64,000 nucleotides of DNA from Perkinsus olseni. Its lineage: Eukaryota. The notes under the pieces are model-generated. The model saw only the letters and a program-made list of their open reading frames with translations, ran no database searches and was not told the origin of the DNA. The position numbers were made by a program, and so were the translations under genes. This document shows positions 25,142-38,191 of this stretch, one piece after another; position 1 is the first letter of the stretch; every line of letters starts with the position of its first letter. The DNA is taken from assembly GCA_013115125.1 (NCBI GenBank), contig JABANN010000060.1, positions 1 through 64,000 on the forward strand, read 5' to 3'.

Positions 25142-28100
25142 ATGGCAACTGAGGCGGCAGCGAGTGCTACCGCTATGTCTTCGTCGTCCTCATCGACTGC
25201 TCCCTCTACTTCTTGGCCTGGTGCGCTAGATCAGCCTCTCCCTTCCGAGGGAGACGCTACTATCGTTGGGGAGCCGACCCAGCGGGGTAGTGGAATCTTG
25301 GATGCCGTGAAGTTCCTGTCCTCGTCGGCTCGGCGGCCGTCGCACTTGCACGTCCTTTCTCAAGGGGCATGCGTGGCGCTGATGGAGGCTTATGATACCT
25401 CCGTATCTGATGAAAAGAGCGGAAAATTGGACACTGGCGCCCCTGAGAAGGCGCTGAGCGATCTGCTGGACAAGTACAGCGAGTTTACCCAAGAGGCCGT
25501 GGATGAGTACCGCAACGAGCGAGACCGAGAGCGAGGGGTGGTCCGGTCGAGCGAATCCTCCACGAAGAAACGGCCAGCCAGATCTTCAGGGGGCGGCGGT
25601 GGGGTGGAAGAGGTCACACGGAAGAGGAAGAAGATGAGGAGTGACGATGAGAGCAGTAGCGTTACCGCAGCCAGCACTACTGGGGACGCGCAGAGGAGGG
25701 CGGCGGCGGGCAGGAGGCACTCGATAGCGCTGTTGGGACCTGCTGATGATGATAGTCGGGAAGATGATGCTGATGAGCACCGAAAGAAGGGCCATCATAA
25801 CAAGAGTGGTGCTAAAGTGAAGGTCAAGAAGAAAGGTCCGACCAGTTTCAAGGTCACGGATGCAGCACAGGTGATTGGGCCCTGAGTGGCAGCTGAGGTC
25901 AGACAAATCGTTATTTTTGGTTGTAGGTGACACGGAAGCTGGTGAAGTCGATGAAGGCCGAGTGTTTGACGGTGTCCGATAGGCAGAAGGCGTTGAGGAG
26001 CATCTTCATGGGGCCCTCCCCTGAGCTCAGGGAAGCCGCCATTGCAAAGTGAGTTGATGTCCTTATTGATGTCTATTCAGGCTCCTTGGGTGCCTCTGAA
26101 GTTGCGCCGAATTTCGTCTGACTATTTCTCCGCTTCCTGAGATTTGTCTCGCTCTCATCGCCGCTCGGACGAGTCATTGTCGCTGCGGAATGTGTTCCGT
26201 CCTCATCATTGTCATCGCTCCTCAGCTTCACCTCCCACAAAGGCCTGGAACTGATGGGCACTTGGATGAAGGAGGTCAACAAGGACAAGAGCCCCGAAGT
26301 GGGCCCGATGCTGGTCTACCTCGGCTGTCTGGACCGGGTGCTCATGACGGTTGACCTTCTGCGTTCGACCAGCATTGGCAAGGTGACGGAAGAGGAAGCA
26401 GATCGGTTGATCGAGAGCTGCTTATTTTCAGGTCGTGACGGCGAGTGTGAAGGCTTTCACTGGTCGCTCGGAGATGGTGGTGACCAATGGGAGACGACTG
26501 ATTGAAAAGTGGAAGAAGATAGCGTGTTCCAGCGGGGTGTCTCCTGGTCGACCGAAGCCACCGCAGAGTACCACACCTTCCCTTCCTCGTCCGCCGCGAC
26601 CAGCTACTCCACCATCAACTTCGGAGACCTTCAAGCCAGTGATAGCGGCCAAGTCGAGCGCACCGCCCAAGAGCTTACACATGCCGGTTGTGGCGTCGAA
26701 GTCCATTGCACCTGTGCCTGCTCAGCCGACTACTAACAGCCTGCCCCTTCCTGACGTCACGGCGAAACCACCATCGCCGCCGCCGTCAAAGACGGACGTT
26801 GAAGCCCCACCAGCAGTGGCGTCGAAGTAGGTCGCGTTGTGTGAACCCTTTGCTTCCATTATCCTCCCTCTTCGCAGGTCACCGAGCCCGCCGCTCACCC
26901 TGCCAGTTGGACGGAAGCCCGCGGGGACGGATGACAGTGTCGGCTCTCCCCAGACCGGCTCTTCTGACATCCGAGGGTCGCCGATGAACTCGCCTCATTT
27001 TTCGCCGCCCCCCGCAGCCCAGCGGGGGCCTGAGAGCTCCCTTGGAACGAGCAACAAAGATAGTGGTAAGATCATTGCAGTTGGTCGCCCATCTCCAGCC
27101 GATGTTGTTGTTGCAGATGCTGACCCCTCCCGGGGTTCCTCTACCGGAAGGAGAGGCTCAACGGACGACCTCGATGGGCTCATGGACCTGATGAGTCCCG
27201 GAGGGAAGGATGATGATGATGGTAAGGAGGCCTTGGTCAACGACGTCACCATGACCATCGGCGGCGGCGAGGAGGAGGCGTCCTTTGGCGCTGTGCCCAC
27301 CAATATTGATGACGATATGGCTGACATTATGGGGTGAGAATTGGGGTTCACAGGCCGCCAAACCGTCACTCTGTCCCTTCAGATTGATGGACCTGCCCGG
27401 CACCAATCCTGGTGACTTCGAAGAAGATGAGATGACCGGGCCCGCTGGCAGCCAGGGGAACGCCCTTGGGGGGGCCTCGGCTGGAGAGGACGGAGGCGGG
27501 GCGTCGGGGAAGCAAAGGCTTATGTGGAAGAAAGATGAAGAGCTTGTGAACATGGTCGTCTTCGTCAAGAACGAGCCCCTGTGGGATACTGTCAAGTAGG
27601 CGCTCCTGCTGGCCCTTCAGTCTTGCTCTACTGCGTCTTTCTTCAGGGCCATCAACGACGCTCGGGGTACTCATGTCACTTACGTTGAGCATGGCCATAC
27701 CACCAAATTCATGGAACAGAGGAAAAAGGAGGACGCTATGGTAGGTCAGTACCACTCCATCCGCAACTCATGTGTCTGTCTTTCAGGGTGGTACGCAGCT
27801 GCGACATCAGTATGGTCACTTCGGTTCCGCCCCTGCGGCTACTGCGACCTCCCCTTCCCGTGGAAAACGGTCGGCCGCGTCAACTCTTCTTGCTGGCCTT
27901 GGGGCCTCGTCGCCGCTCCTGGACGACGCCGCCCTCAATAGCGGTACGGACAACATCGCCGAGGACGTCATCTGGCTGGAGCAGCTGCCGATGGTGCTGC
28001 TTCCGGGCGACTGCACTCGGATCATAGGTCAGCTAAAGAGCTACGAAAGGCAGGACCTCGCTGACCTTCACGGGGGTCGGGCTGAGGTCTTCTACCCTCC

Positions 28101-29835
28101 TGAGGCGGGTGTCCGAGTGCCAGACTCCCCGGCCGAGCCCAACCCTGGTCGATCGGTCTTCCTGATGGCCCCTGACGCCCTGGAGAACGAGACGGTTGAA
28201 GTAAAGTTGAAGGTGAAAGACGGTAAGGGTCGGAAGAAGGCGGTAGCGGCGACACCAGCATCTCCTAGAGTGGAGCAAGATACCGGTGTTGTGGTATTAG
28301 ACGATGGTCCGGAGGGGTCCCCAGGTGGACTTCAGCGACCACCTGCGGTGACAGAGGCATCCCCATCCAGTAGTGACGACAGCGGCTCAGTGGTACAGCA
28401 GGAGCAGCAGCGGAACCAGATACTCGCGGCGTTGATCTCGGCCTCCGCTGGGGGTCCTGTGGCTGATGACATCAAGGCCACGGTCCCGCCTGGTTCGGTC
28501 ACGGGTGGCGACGAGGTGCGCTTCGAGAGCGAATTTGTGAAGCTAGACCCGGCCTTGCAAGAGGCGATCATCAAGAGTGAACAGTTCCTCAAGCTCTTCC
28601 AGGAGCAGCCTTGGCTGATGATTAACTTGACGATGGACTCTCTGAGCCGGATAGGGGAGATGATGGAGCTGTACAAGGAGAAGGCGAAGGAGGAGGCTGA
28701 GGAGGAGGCCAGGAGGAAGCAACGGGAGGTGGAAGTGCAGGCCCAGCAAGCTCAGATGGCCGCGGAGATGCAGGCCAAGTTGGGCCATAGTCCCTCCCCT
28801 GGTGACGAGATTGCGAGTTCAGCGGCGGAATCGTCGCCGAGTCGATCGGGCGAAGGGTACGAGAAGCGTGGCTGGGGTGTCACGTCTATCCTTACCAGCC
28901 TCAAGGAGCAGGTGAGGACCCATGTACGGAGCGAAGTTGCTGCGGCCTCACACAGCACGCCCGCTGCCGCTGCTGCTGCGGCTGCGGCGGCAGGCTGGTT
29001 CGGCAACTACGGCCGAGGTGGGAAGTGGTACCCCAAGGTGGGCGGCAAGGGTGGTGGTAAGGGTCATCATACGGGGGGCCCTCCTTCGTCTACTGGCTAC
29101 TCTGAAGGGTCACAGTGGCAGGGCGCCTCTGGTGGGCAGGGATGGGCAGGCTCGGGGCAGCAAGACAGCTCCTATCATGTCTCTGAGCCTTCCACCTCTT
29201 CCCCTGGTAGTACTGGCTACGCTGAGGCTGGTCTTCGGTACGGCAGCAGCAGCAGCAGCACGGACGGCGTCGGAAGCTACAATGAGCGCTATACGAGTGG
29301 CAAGGGGGCTGGTGGTCATCACTCTGGTGGGGGGTATGGTACGACGGTGAGCGAAGGGTTCGGTAAGGGCGGTAAAGGGTACGGTAAGGGCAGCGGAGGG
29401 TACAAGGGTGGTGGTAAGGGTCATCATACGGAAGGGGCACCTTGGCTGGGCCCGAACTCTGGTGGTCAGGGATGGGCCTCCTCGGGGCAGCAAGACAACT
29501 CCTATCATCACGTTTCTGAGCCCTCTACTTCATCCTCGGGTAGCACTGAAGCTGGTCTCCGGCAGTACGGCAGTAGCACGGAGAGAGTCGGTGCCTACAA
29601 TGAACGATACGTCGGTGCCAAGGGGGCCGGCAAGGGAGGCAAAGGGGAGGGTAAAGGGGGCAGCGGAGGGTACAAGGGTGGTGGCTATGGCAAGGGCTGG
29701 GCTGGAGGCTACCAAGGCAATAGTGCTCAAGGCTGGTCGAGTAATAAGCGACAGCAGCACTGGCCCCAGTCTGCTGGTGATAATACCCGACCAAAGAAGC
29801 ATGCCAGGACCAGTGGCTACTCCTCGTGGAAGTGA
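25142..29835 (+). CDS. PNUTS/PPP1R10-like PP1 regulatory subunit (TFIIS-N domain, RVxW-type motif, Gly-rich tail), spliced
   Basis: TFIIS N-terminal domain (GLELMGTWMKE...LMTVDLLRSTSIGKVV...GRRLIEKWKKI), then KQRLMWKKDEELVNMVVF, then FYPP...VPDSPAEPNP and a Gly-rich C-terminus, in the same order as PNUTS. Start codon uncertain. Confidence 0.7.
29046..29695 (+). repeat. Diverged ~350-bp internal duplication encoding the G/S/Y/K-rich tail
   Basis: KGGGKGHHT...SGGQGWAxSGQQDxSYH(H)VSEPSTSSxGST...EAGLR...YNERY...KGAG occurs twice. Confidence 0.85.
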
Positions 29836-30200
29836 TTATCGGCTACTTGGCTGTAGTGTTGTATCGTCCATTATTTTGAACATTATGTGCCCTAGTATCA
29901 TCACCATCGTCGTGTAGCCCTTCACAGTAGCATCTTAGGATTTCTCTCGTGTCACCATTACCCTCTGCTCACTTTCTTTTGTATCATTATAGGCCGTCCT
30001 CTACCTCCGGGAGCCCGACTGGCCGTCTTGCAGCGGCATCATCGTCGAATCGTCATGGTTTTCCGTTTGGAGTGGTACTGTCCTCGTCCGGCCATCGACA
30101 ATCTGTACCAAAGTAACGTAGTTGTATCGTTGATGATGCTGTTGTGTTGGTCATGCCGAGTGGGTGGGGGTCGAACCTCTCTCGAGGCAAGCAGTTAAGA

Positions 30201-33200
30201 ATGGGCAAGAAGGGAGGGCCGCCGAAGAAGTCCAAGAAGCAGCTGGAAGAGGAGGCTTTGCAGGCCCTTGAGGATGCCAGAAAAGGTACCGATCACAATA
30301 AGACTGCGGGATGGATGGTTTTCGTCAGAGGCAAACGCGGCGAAGATCAGAGAGATGGCCAACCGGATGACAGCCGATGCCCAGATCAGAGCTAGCCTCG
30401 ACAGGGAGGGGGAGGAGGCCAAGGAGGAGGCTGTGAGCCCTTCAGGGCCGGCAGTCTAGCAGTGAGGCTCTTCAGATGAGACTCGAGTACGAGTCGGGCA
30501 TGGTGGAGTACGGCAAGAGCAAACGGTGGACAGTGCTGACTAAGATAAGGCAGGCCGAAAGGGAGAGGGTGGAGTGGGAGGAGTTTGCCGCATGCAGTGG
30601 AAGGCCTAACATACGAAGAGAGGCCGACATAGTCACGTACGCCCAGCGATGCTGCAACCCTTTGCACAGGGATGCCCTTGGCCAGGTACGAGCAGTGGCT
30701 CGAGGCTGATGCTGAGGAAGGCAGACTCTTCTCTGTATCACAGTACAAGCCCGGTTTAGGGAGGGCCAACAACGAAGGAAGTAGTTGCTTAGGATACTCG
30801 TCGGCTTTCTCGGAGTACCACCACCCCTCGGTAAAAATCTTAAGAGCAGGTCATCTGCTCACCACAGAACATCTCGTGTCTCCATCGAGACTGGACACTG
30901 GTCGCAGCTTCCCTACTGAGCTCTCAGTCTTCCCTTCTCGGTGCCGATTCTATCACCCATGGCATGCAAATGATTCAGTATCCCTCACCACTTCCGATAT
31001 CAGGTACCCCCTTCACGGTGGCTCCCCTCAGCCCTGCAGCCTCGGCAACCTCCGTACCAGCCGTCCTAGCTGGCTATCCTCAATGCAGCATCGAGAGGGC
31101 CTTGGCCGTAGTCTACTTTACCCAGTTTCTTGTAGAGGATCTCCATCAGGGGTGACACCATCCCGCCTCTACCGTCCCTCCCACCCCTTCCCAAGGTACA
31201 TCAGAGCCTTGGCCGACGGGGACGCTAAGAAGATGGCCTGGTGCCTTGGCCATGTCGAGAAGATCAGGACCACTGGTCAGCAGTGTCGCATGCTAGCCCT
31301 CCCCTCCCCTCCCACCCATTCCTCTTCCTCAGTTCTGTCTCGGCACCTCGACTACGCCACGGGCCACCTGTTCCAGTTTATTGAAGACCTCGGAGTGTCC
31401 AGCTCCCACGAGACACAGGCCACTTGGGGACAAGTGGGGCATTCTGACCCTCACAGCGGAACCACCCCGCCATGCTCAGCTCACCGACGATGTCTTCCTC
31501 GCTTTCTGGGCCTTCCTGCAGCCTAAAGGGTTCCGGGCGAAACTGATGGACTTGCCACAGTTCAAGATGGTAGTTTCACTCCTCTCGGTCGGCCCCTCGA
31601 CCTTTGCCCTCAGACTATCGAGCTTCCCAAAAGCGTTGCTTCAAGCAATCTAGGCCACTGCCTGGGGGTAGGTCGTCGTTCCTCCGCTGCCATCGATGAA
31701 GGCCCTCCTCCTCAGGCCCGGGTCCTCTACACACGCTTCGATTCCAGCTACTGCTTCGCCGAAACTGTCTTGAAGTCACGAAAGGGCCACTACGGCCGTG
31801 CAGCCATCGCGACTCCTGATGATACCGGCGAAGACGAGAGCAAACAGTCCGGTGGGGAGGGGTGGATACGCCGAGACCTCATGGGCCGGCAACCCACTGA
31901 GCCTGGCTTCGGCAGGGCGGTGAGGCTAGCCTGCGCCCTACCAGGGAGACCCCTTCCTGTCTTAGAGCCTTCCACCTCGCTACGCCATCGGTGGGGTCGT
32001 CCATGTCGATGTCGTATCGATACCGCAGTTGCGGGCGAGGGAGAAGGGCTGGTTAATACGGACACTACCTTCCAGCGACGGACCGAACTACACGGTAGTG
32101 AGTCCAGACCACCGTGTTAGGTCGCATTGCGGTGCTCAGAGGCTCCCCTACCCCTCCCCTACAGGGAGGGACACGCCTCAACCATGCCGGGTAGAGTTCC
32201 GCCTGCCCGACGATGTGGTCGTTGATCAGCCCGAAGTAATGTCGAAATCAACAGCGGAGCGAAGCACCGTTAGTCAGGTTGCCTGGAGGGATATGGAATC
32301 CCAAAGTTGGTCTGATGAGGGTATCGGGGAGGTCGAATGGGACCCCTCGACGAGGAAGGTCAACTTTTCCGCGGCCTTGCTGGCGCCCTTCGCTGTCACT
32401 GTCCTCCGCTCCGCACACTTCCCTTATCAGCAATGGTGAGCCTTGGACTAGCCGCTAGGGCCCATGCCTCTTGTGCCAGGAGAATCGCGATTCTTCCGGA
32501 TGCGAAGGAATCTACTGGCGACGAGAAAAGAGCTCTTTTGACAGTGGTGACAGGTGGGTGACACGGGGCACAGTCCCTCGGCATGAAGGTCGCTGCCTTC
32601 AGCTCTGGGACTTGAAGTGAGGGTCGAGATCCGACCAGCGGGGGTCCACTTGGTAGCTCCCGAGCGTGACGAGTTGCGGCACCTCAGAACTGACGAGAAT
32701 GGGCATGGTAGAGTCACCAGTCTACTCGGCTGTGAAGACCGTCGCCCTGCAGGTATTTTTTGGTCATCAGCGGTGCTCTTGACAAAGCTTCGGGACGCAG
32801 GCATCAACCTGATGCCAGTAGATGAGGACGCTCAGTGGTTGTTGAAGCCAAGGTCGAGCCTTGCTTCTTGCAGGCAGTGGTACTGTCGCTTTCAGGGACG
32901 TCAAAGACTCGGCTGTGGAGCTCCTCGCCTGCAACGACATCGCGGAGCTGGTCCTCATGTAGCCGTCCAGTGTCACCACTGGTGTCACCGTATGATCTTG
33001 TAGGGGGCACGACGTGGCCGGCTCCCAGCATAACAACGCCCTTGAGTGCGGCAAGGACCGGGTGGTGCTTCGGGCCCGACCGAACCCCAACGCCCTCGAC
33101 CTTGACGGAGATGATGATGAAAAGCACAAGGAATACAAGTAGGCTAGGGTGGGGTTAGAGAGGGAGGGCCGCTCTGTCCTGGAGGGCCTACGCTCGCCCA

Positions 33201-33540
33201 CTGGCCCTCGTCTCAGGGTGGCGATGGTATGGCCGGACAAGTGCGCTCTCATCTCCGCTGTGGAAGGCTCAGAGTAAGCGTGATACCGACCATCAGCCTT
33301 ATCAGCATTCCCCCCAGTTTCGATGAGACCTTGAAGGCCCCCACACACTACAGTCTAACCATAGCCCTCACCGGATCAACAGCCACTACTCCCGACCCTA
33401 CAGATGCCGACAGCGTCAAGTGAGCAACAACAACAGCAGCAGCAGCAGCGTCGTCGGCGTCCTTCGCGTACCCCTTCCCAAGGTACATGGACTGCATCGC
33501 CCAGACTCTACGCCTGACTCGGCCGCTGAGCTTCGGATGA
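30201..33540 (+). CDS. DNAI7: Dynein axonemal intermediate chain 7 (CASC1/CFAP94/IC97-like), spliced
   Basis: Basic N-terminus MGKKGGPPKKSKK plus coiled coil; EWEEFAACSGRPNIRREADIVTY; VAWRD...WSDEGIGEVEWD...VNFS...APFAV...HFPYQQW; C-terminus TLRLTRPLSFG, all typical of the CASC1 family. Confidence 0.8.
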
Positions 33541-33749
33541 TCAGCATGAGTGGCAGCGGACTGTCATGCTAACCCACTATACTTGCTGTTACATACCGAG
33601 AAAGCTTTCGTTCGAGTAACCGAGAGGGGAGAATCTGCGGTGCGCCGTTTTAAACTGCGTAATTTATTCCGAGTGAAAGCTGTTTTCGCTCGCGCATCAT
33701 CGTCCTTCGTCTCAATCTCACCGGTTCAACTGTAAGAAGGTTACTTCCA

Positions 33750-36700
33750 ATGACCGAACCACCCCGATTCATCCTGGTCCTGAGCAGCGGCAGTAGTCCA
33801 TCCTCGTCGTCCAAGCCCCTCACCAAGGCAGGGGACGTCCTCACTATGGGAAGGATCCCTGACTGCGACATAGTCTTCAAAAGCAACGCCATCAGCGGCA
33901 ACCACTGCTCTCTGGCCTACCTCGACGGAGGCGTAGTCAGATTGACGGACACTAGCTTCAATGGTAAGAGGGGAATATGGAAGATATTCTTTGGAGTGCG
34001 GGCAGGCACCTATGTTAATGGCGAGCTGGTCGGCAAGGGTAAGACAGCGGACATCAAGTCCGGTGATCGGATTGGTCTTGGCCGCCCTATGGTCAATACC
34101 AAGGCGACTCGGCAAGGGCAGAAGGCAGTCAGCTTCCTAGTCGAGTACACCGCGAAGGTAGGAACTCCGGTTCAACGTCTGCGTGATGCAGTGGTCAGTT
34201 CGTCGACCCGCCTGGGGTGAGCACAGCCCCCTCGCCCTCTCGACTGAGGGCTAGCAGTGCACCTATACTGGAGGATAATAAGAAGGATCCGCTGACGACC
34301 AAGGCCGCGAGGCCGCTGAGTGCAGTAGTGCCAGGGCAGGAAAGCGGCTTGCTCCGCTCTGGTAGTAGACGTGGGCGGAGGGGAAAGTTGGTGATGGTGT
34401 GGTATCGTATCCGCTGACCACGCGTATGCTAAGTTAGCTCTCTAGGTCTGGAGGGGAATACTAGCATGAAGACGCCCCAGCAATACCCAGCGGTCCGACA
34501 TATCAAAACCGAGCCGAGCCGGGCTGGGGCTGCTCCTGCCCGGCCCGCTGTAGCACCCCAAGCGATGGCATCGAACGTAGGGCGCGAGGGGTTGATTCGA
34601 AGAAAAGGCAACTTCTCAGACCCGAATCGATGGGGATAAACGGAGGGTCTCGACTCAACAGCCCAGTAAGGATGTTGTTGTCGTTGGGCAGGCCTCCCAA
34701 ACAACAGCACAGAGAGGAGATGTGAAAACAGAGTTAAAACCCGAACCATGGAAAATGGCGTCTTTTCGAGCGCCCTGATAGGCCCGCACCCACCAGTGCC
34801 AAGTCTAAGGAGCGGCCGCGTCGGCAGCAGCAACAGCAGCCGAGTTCAACACGGTCGCTGGTCGGGGACTCGGATAATAGGCGGTCCTTTGGCTTGAGTA
34901 GGAAAGACAGCAACGGGAAGGCTTCCGCTGTACCACCAGACTCAGCATTACCCTCCTCCGGTTCATGTTGGCTATGCCCGAAGAGGAAGGAACGAGAGGA
35001 ATCTTTGGTGACGGAGACGAAAGCCTTAAGGGCAAGGCTGGCCAGTAGAGAGGGGGAACTGGCCACGCTAGAGGAGAGGCTACAGGAGAGTGAACTCACT
35101 ATGACGCTGAAGAAACGAAAGCTAACGTCCACTGAGCAGAAGCTGAAGGATGTCAGTACTGTCCTGAGAAGGGTCATGATAAACCTTGGATACTCCCACA
35201 GGCCCAAACTGAGGTTATGTCGACCAAAGAGGCTCTGTCGAGTCTACAGGAAGCACACGCTGAGCTGAAGGCCCGGTGTGAAGGGCTTGTTAATGCCGCG
35301 AAGAAGTCCAAAACAGATCGGGAGGCGTTAGTGGAGAAGGTTCGTCGTGCCTGGTAGGGGTACCTGGGTAGGATCACACTCAGTTGAACGCAGTCGAGGC
35401 CCGGGCTAACTCGACCGAAAGTGAACTCATCTATTGCCAGGAGCAGGCCCATGGACTGCAGCAAAACCTTGATCAGGAGTGTAGGCTGAGAGAGGGGCTG
35501 TCAAGGGCCGTTGTCCAATGCCGCCATCAGGCGAGCATTCGAGGTCCCTTTCTGCGGAGCTACAACATTCTCGTGAGCATTGCGGGGCTCTGAAGGCTGA
35601 CCTGCAGGAGGCGCTAGGGAAGCTGCAGAGGGTATCTCGGGGTAGCGGGAGAAGTGGCCAAGCTCAAACGCAGGTGCTGAATGATCGGGCCAGTCTCCAG
35701 TCCGAGGTGGGCAGACTTCATGGAGACCTCGACAAGGCTAAGGCCAGTGAGTGCAGCACACCCTTGCCCTCACTCTGTTATGCTGTGCTTCATAGTCAGC
35801 AGCAGTGAAGTAGAGGTTGCGAGGGCCCTGGCGGGTGCGATAAGGGATGGTCTGAAAGCGTAGGGTGCCTGGTAGGCAGTGGAGATCGAGGAGGGCCTCC
35901 CTGCTAGGTTCGAGGGGCATAGCTTCCTCGACCTCCCAGCCACTAGAGCGTCTCTCGAGCTTTCCGACATCTCCCCAGTGAAACTCAGAAGCACGGAGTT
36001 GGTAGGGAAGGTCGTCCTTGACCTTCACATCGGTGAGCATGTAGGTGTCTACGGACTCGACTCGGTACGAAGGCACTGATGTGACTGTCCGATCCATGAC
36101 CCAGGAGGTGGTCTCCGAGCTGGCCCAGGTAGTTTTGTCGATTGCATGCTTCGAGCTAAGATGCGTCTACCGCCCTCAGTCACTCCCCCATACCGCGACC
36201 CAGGGCCGGATGCTGCACGCACGCCCAGCCATGGTAGGGCCATTTTCTATGCTAGCAGACCTTCCCTCGTACCTCAGCCCACGACGGCGGAGGGTGGCCA
36301 GCTAGGATCGATGACCCAGTGCTCAGCGATAGCTCAGAGAGACAACAGTACATCATCGATAGACGGGTGAGGGGCAGTCCAAGCGCGACTCGACCTTGTC
36401 CAGTCTTAGAGTGTCCCTGGGCTCTGCTGCTTCTGATGGGATTTCGGCTGACCAGCGAGAGGCTGTTGAGGGCAGCGTAGGCTGTAGACGGGGCGGCTCT
36501 TCCGAGGCGATAGGTCGGGCTGGTCAGGTGGCCCGGGCCATGGACACGCAAGAACAACTAGAGGGCGTTGGAGGTAATGGCGGTACCATCCTCAGCAGGG
36601 ACTCGAGGAGGACGTCTGTTAGGCACTCAAATGATGTGGACGGAGGAGGCTGATGTGATCAGTGGGGCGTCGGCTGACTGGTAGCCGTCCTCGGCAGGCG

Positions 36701-37247
36701 CTAGAGGAGGATTCGAAGGAGGCACAGCTGCCAGCGACGGCGGGGATGCTGCAGCCCACCGCTGATGTACCGCAGCAGGAGGCCGCTCTCGACGACGACG
36801 AGTTCGCGGATTTTCCTGAAGATATCCCGTCACTGGGCCAGGAGAATAGTGAGGGCCGGTTTGCCAAGTCTAGGCGACCTCATGCCAGGTCTCCAAGGGG
36901 GGACCTTCGATGACCTCGCCGAGTTCGACATTGACGCCTTGCCTGGCCGGAGTGGAGGCAGTGGACAGGTGGAGGAAGGGGCCTTCTCTGAGTAGTCCTG
37001 TGCCGCCCGAGGACCGGAGAGCGGGCCCGCATTTTTCAGTGACTTTGCCGATTTCGACCTATCCCAGCACCCTGCCCGTATGGCAGCTGAGCGGGTCTGT
37101 AACGACAGCCTACTGGCGGACCTCGATCTCGAAGACACCTTCTCGTCTCTGTCTGCCGACAAGCCCCGGAGGCCAGCTGCTCACCAGGCCCAGACTGATG
37201 GGCTCAACGGTGCCGTCGACGAGTTGGCCGACTTCGACGATTTTTGA
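33750..37247 (+). CDS. FHA-domain, coiled-coil protein with acidic Phe-motif tail, spliced
   Basis: FHA motifs LTMGRIPDCDI...ISGNHCSL...LTDTSFNG|TYVNG...IKSGDRIGLG; heptad-rich exons ~34990-35860; ends DELADFDDF*. Could be more than one gene. Confidence 0.7.
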
Positions 37248-37447
37248 ATGAGGAGCCTGCCTCAGTTTAATAAGCGTACAGTAGCAGCCCTAAGTAAACC
37301 GGGATAATGACTCCAAGTCACTGACGACCAGTGGCTTGCTTCACTGAGCATGTTACTAGTGTTTTTCACACCCCTGATGCTGTTGCATGCTGCAGTGGGA
37401 GGGGCCTTCTCCCGGCCGTTTCGGAGACCAGACGAGTTTTTATATGC

Positions 37448-37900
37448 ATGACATCATCATCGTCGCTGCCTCCACCCCCGCCGGAGCCTCCGGGCCCGGA
37501 CGATTGCTGCGGAAGTGGCTGCTGCCCCTGCATCTGGGATACGTAGGAGGACCGGCCAAGCAGGAATGCAGTCATTGACCATGGCAGGTACTATGATATT
37601 GTAGAGCGTTGGGAGGCCACCTATGGGTGCTCGCTAGAAGAGTATGCGAGGCGGCAGGAGAGCAACCCGGAGGAGAAGGAGCAAGACCGGTCTGGCGGCA
37701 CCAGCTCGGAGCGTTCGACGGAAGACGGCGGAGAGTCTTCCAAGGCAGGCCAGTTGGTTGCGAGCGTGAAACATGCCCATGACTGTGTTGGCCTGTTCTG
37801 GAGACTGCGGCGATCGGTGGGTCCCTCGCAGTCCTCTTCCCGCTACCAGTGCCTCTGTCCCATCAGGCCCTTGTATCCCCGAGGCTCTTGCGGCTCCTAG
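37448..37900 (+). CDS. Small oxidoreductase-like N-terminal domain protein (OXLD1-like)
   Basis: PPEPPGPDDCCGSGCCPCIWDT|YYDIVERW matches the CCGSGCxxCVWDxY signature. 3' end approximate. Confidence 0.8.
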
Positions 37901-38191
37901 CTGCACATGCACCCATGTTATGACACTAAGTGGAGGAGGCCCAGTGACCCGACAGTCGTCCAACGCGGGGAAGGCAGCCAGATCAGCCATGACAGAGACC
38001 GGTTATTTTTGTACAGCATGCTGCGATATAGAATTGCTTATTTTCACTTGGGTCCTCAAAGGTTCCTGCCCTACTAGTACCATAACTTTCCTTTCTCTCA
38101 GCTTGTGATATCTTAGCTCCCTCCTAGTGTGCTGTGTTGGAGTCGATCTGGATGGTCGATCCTGGGGAACTTGGAATCCTGCCTTGGAAGC

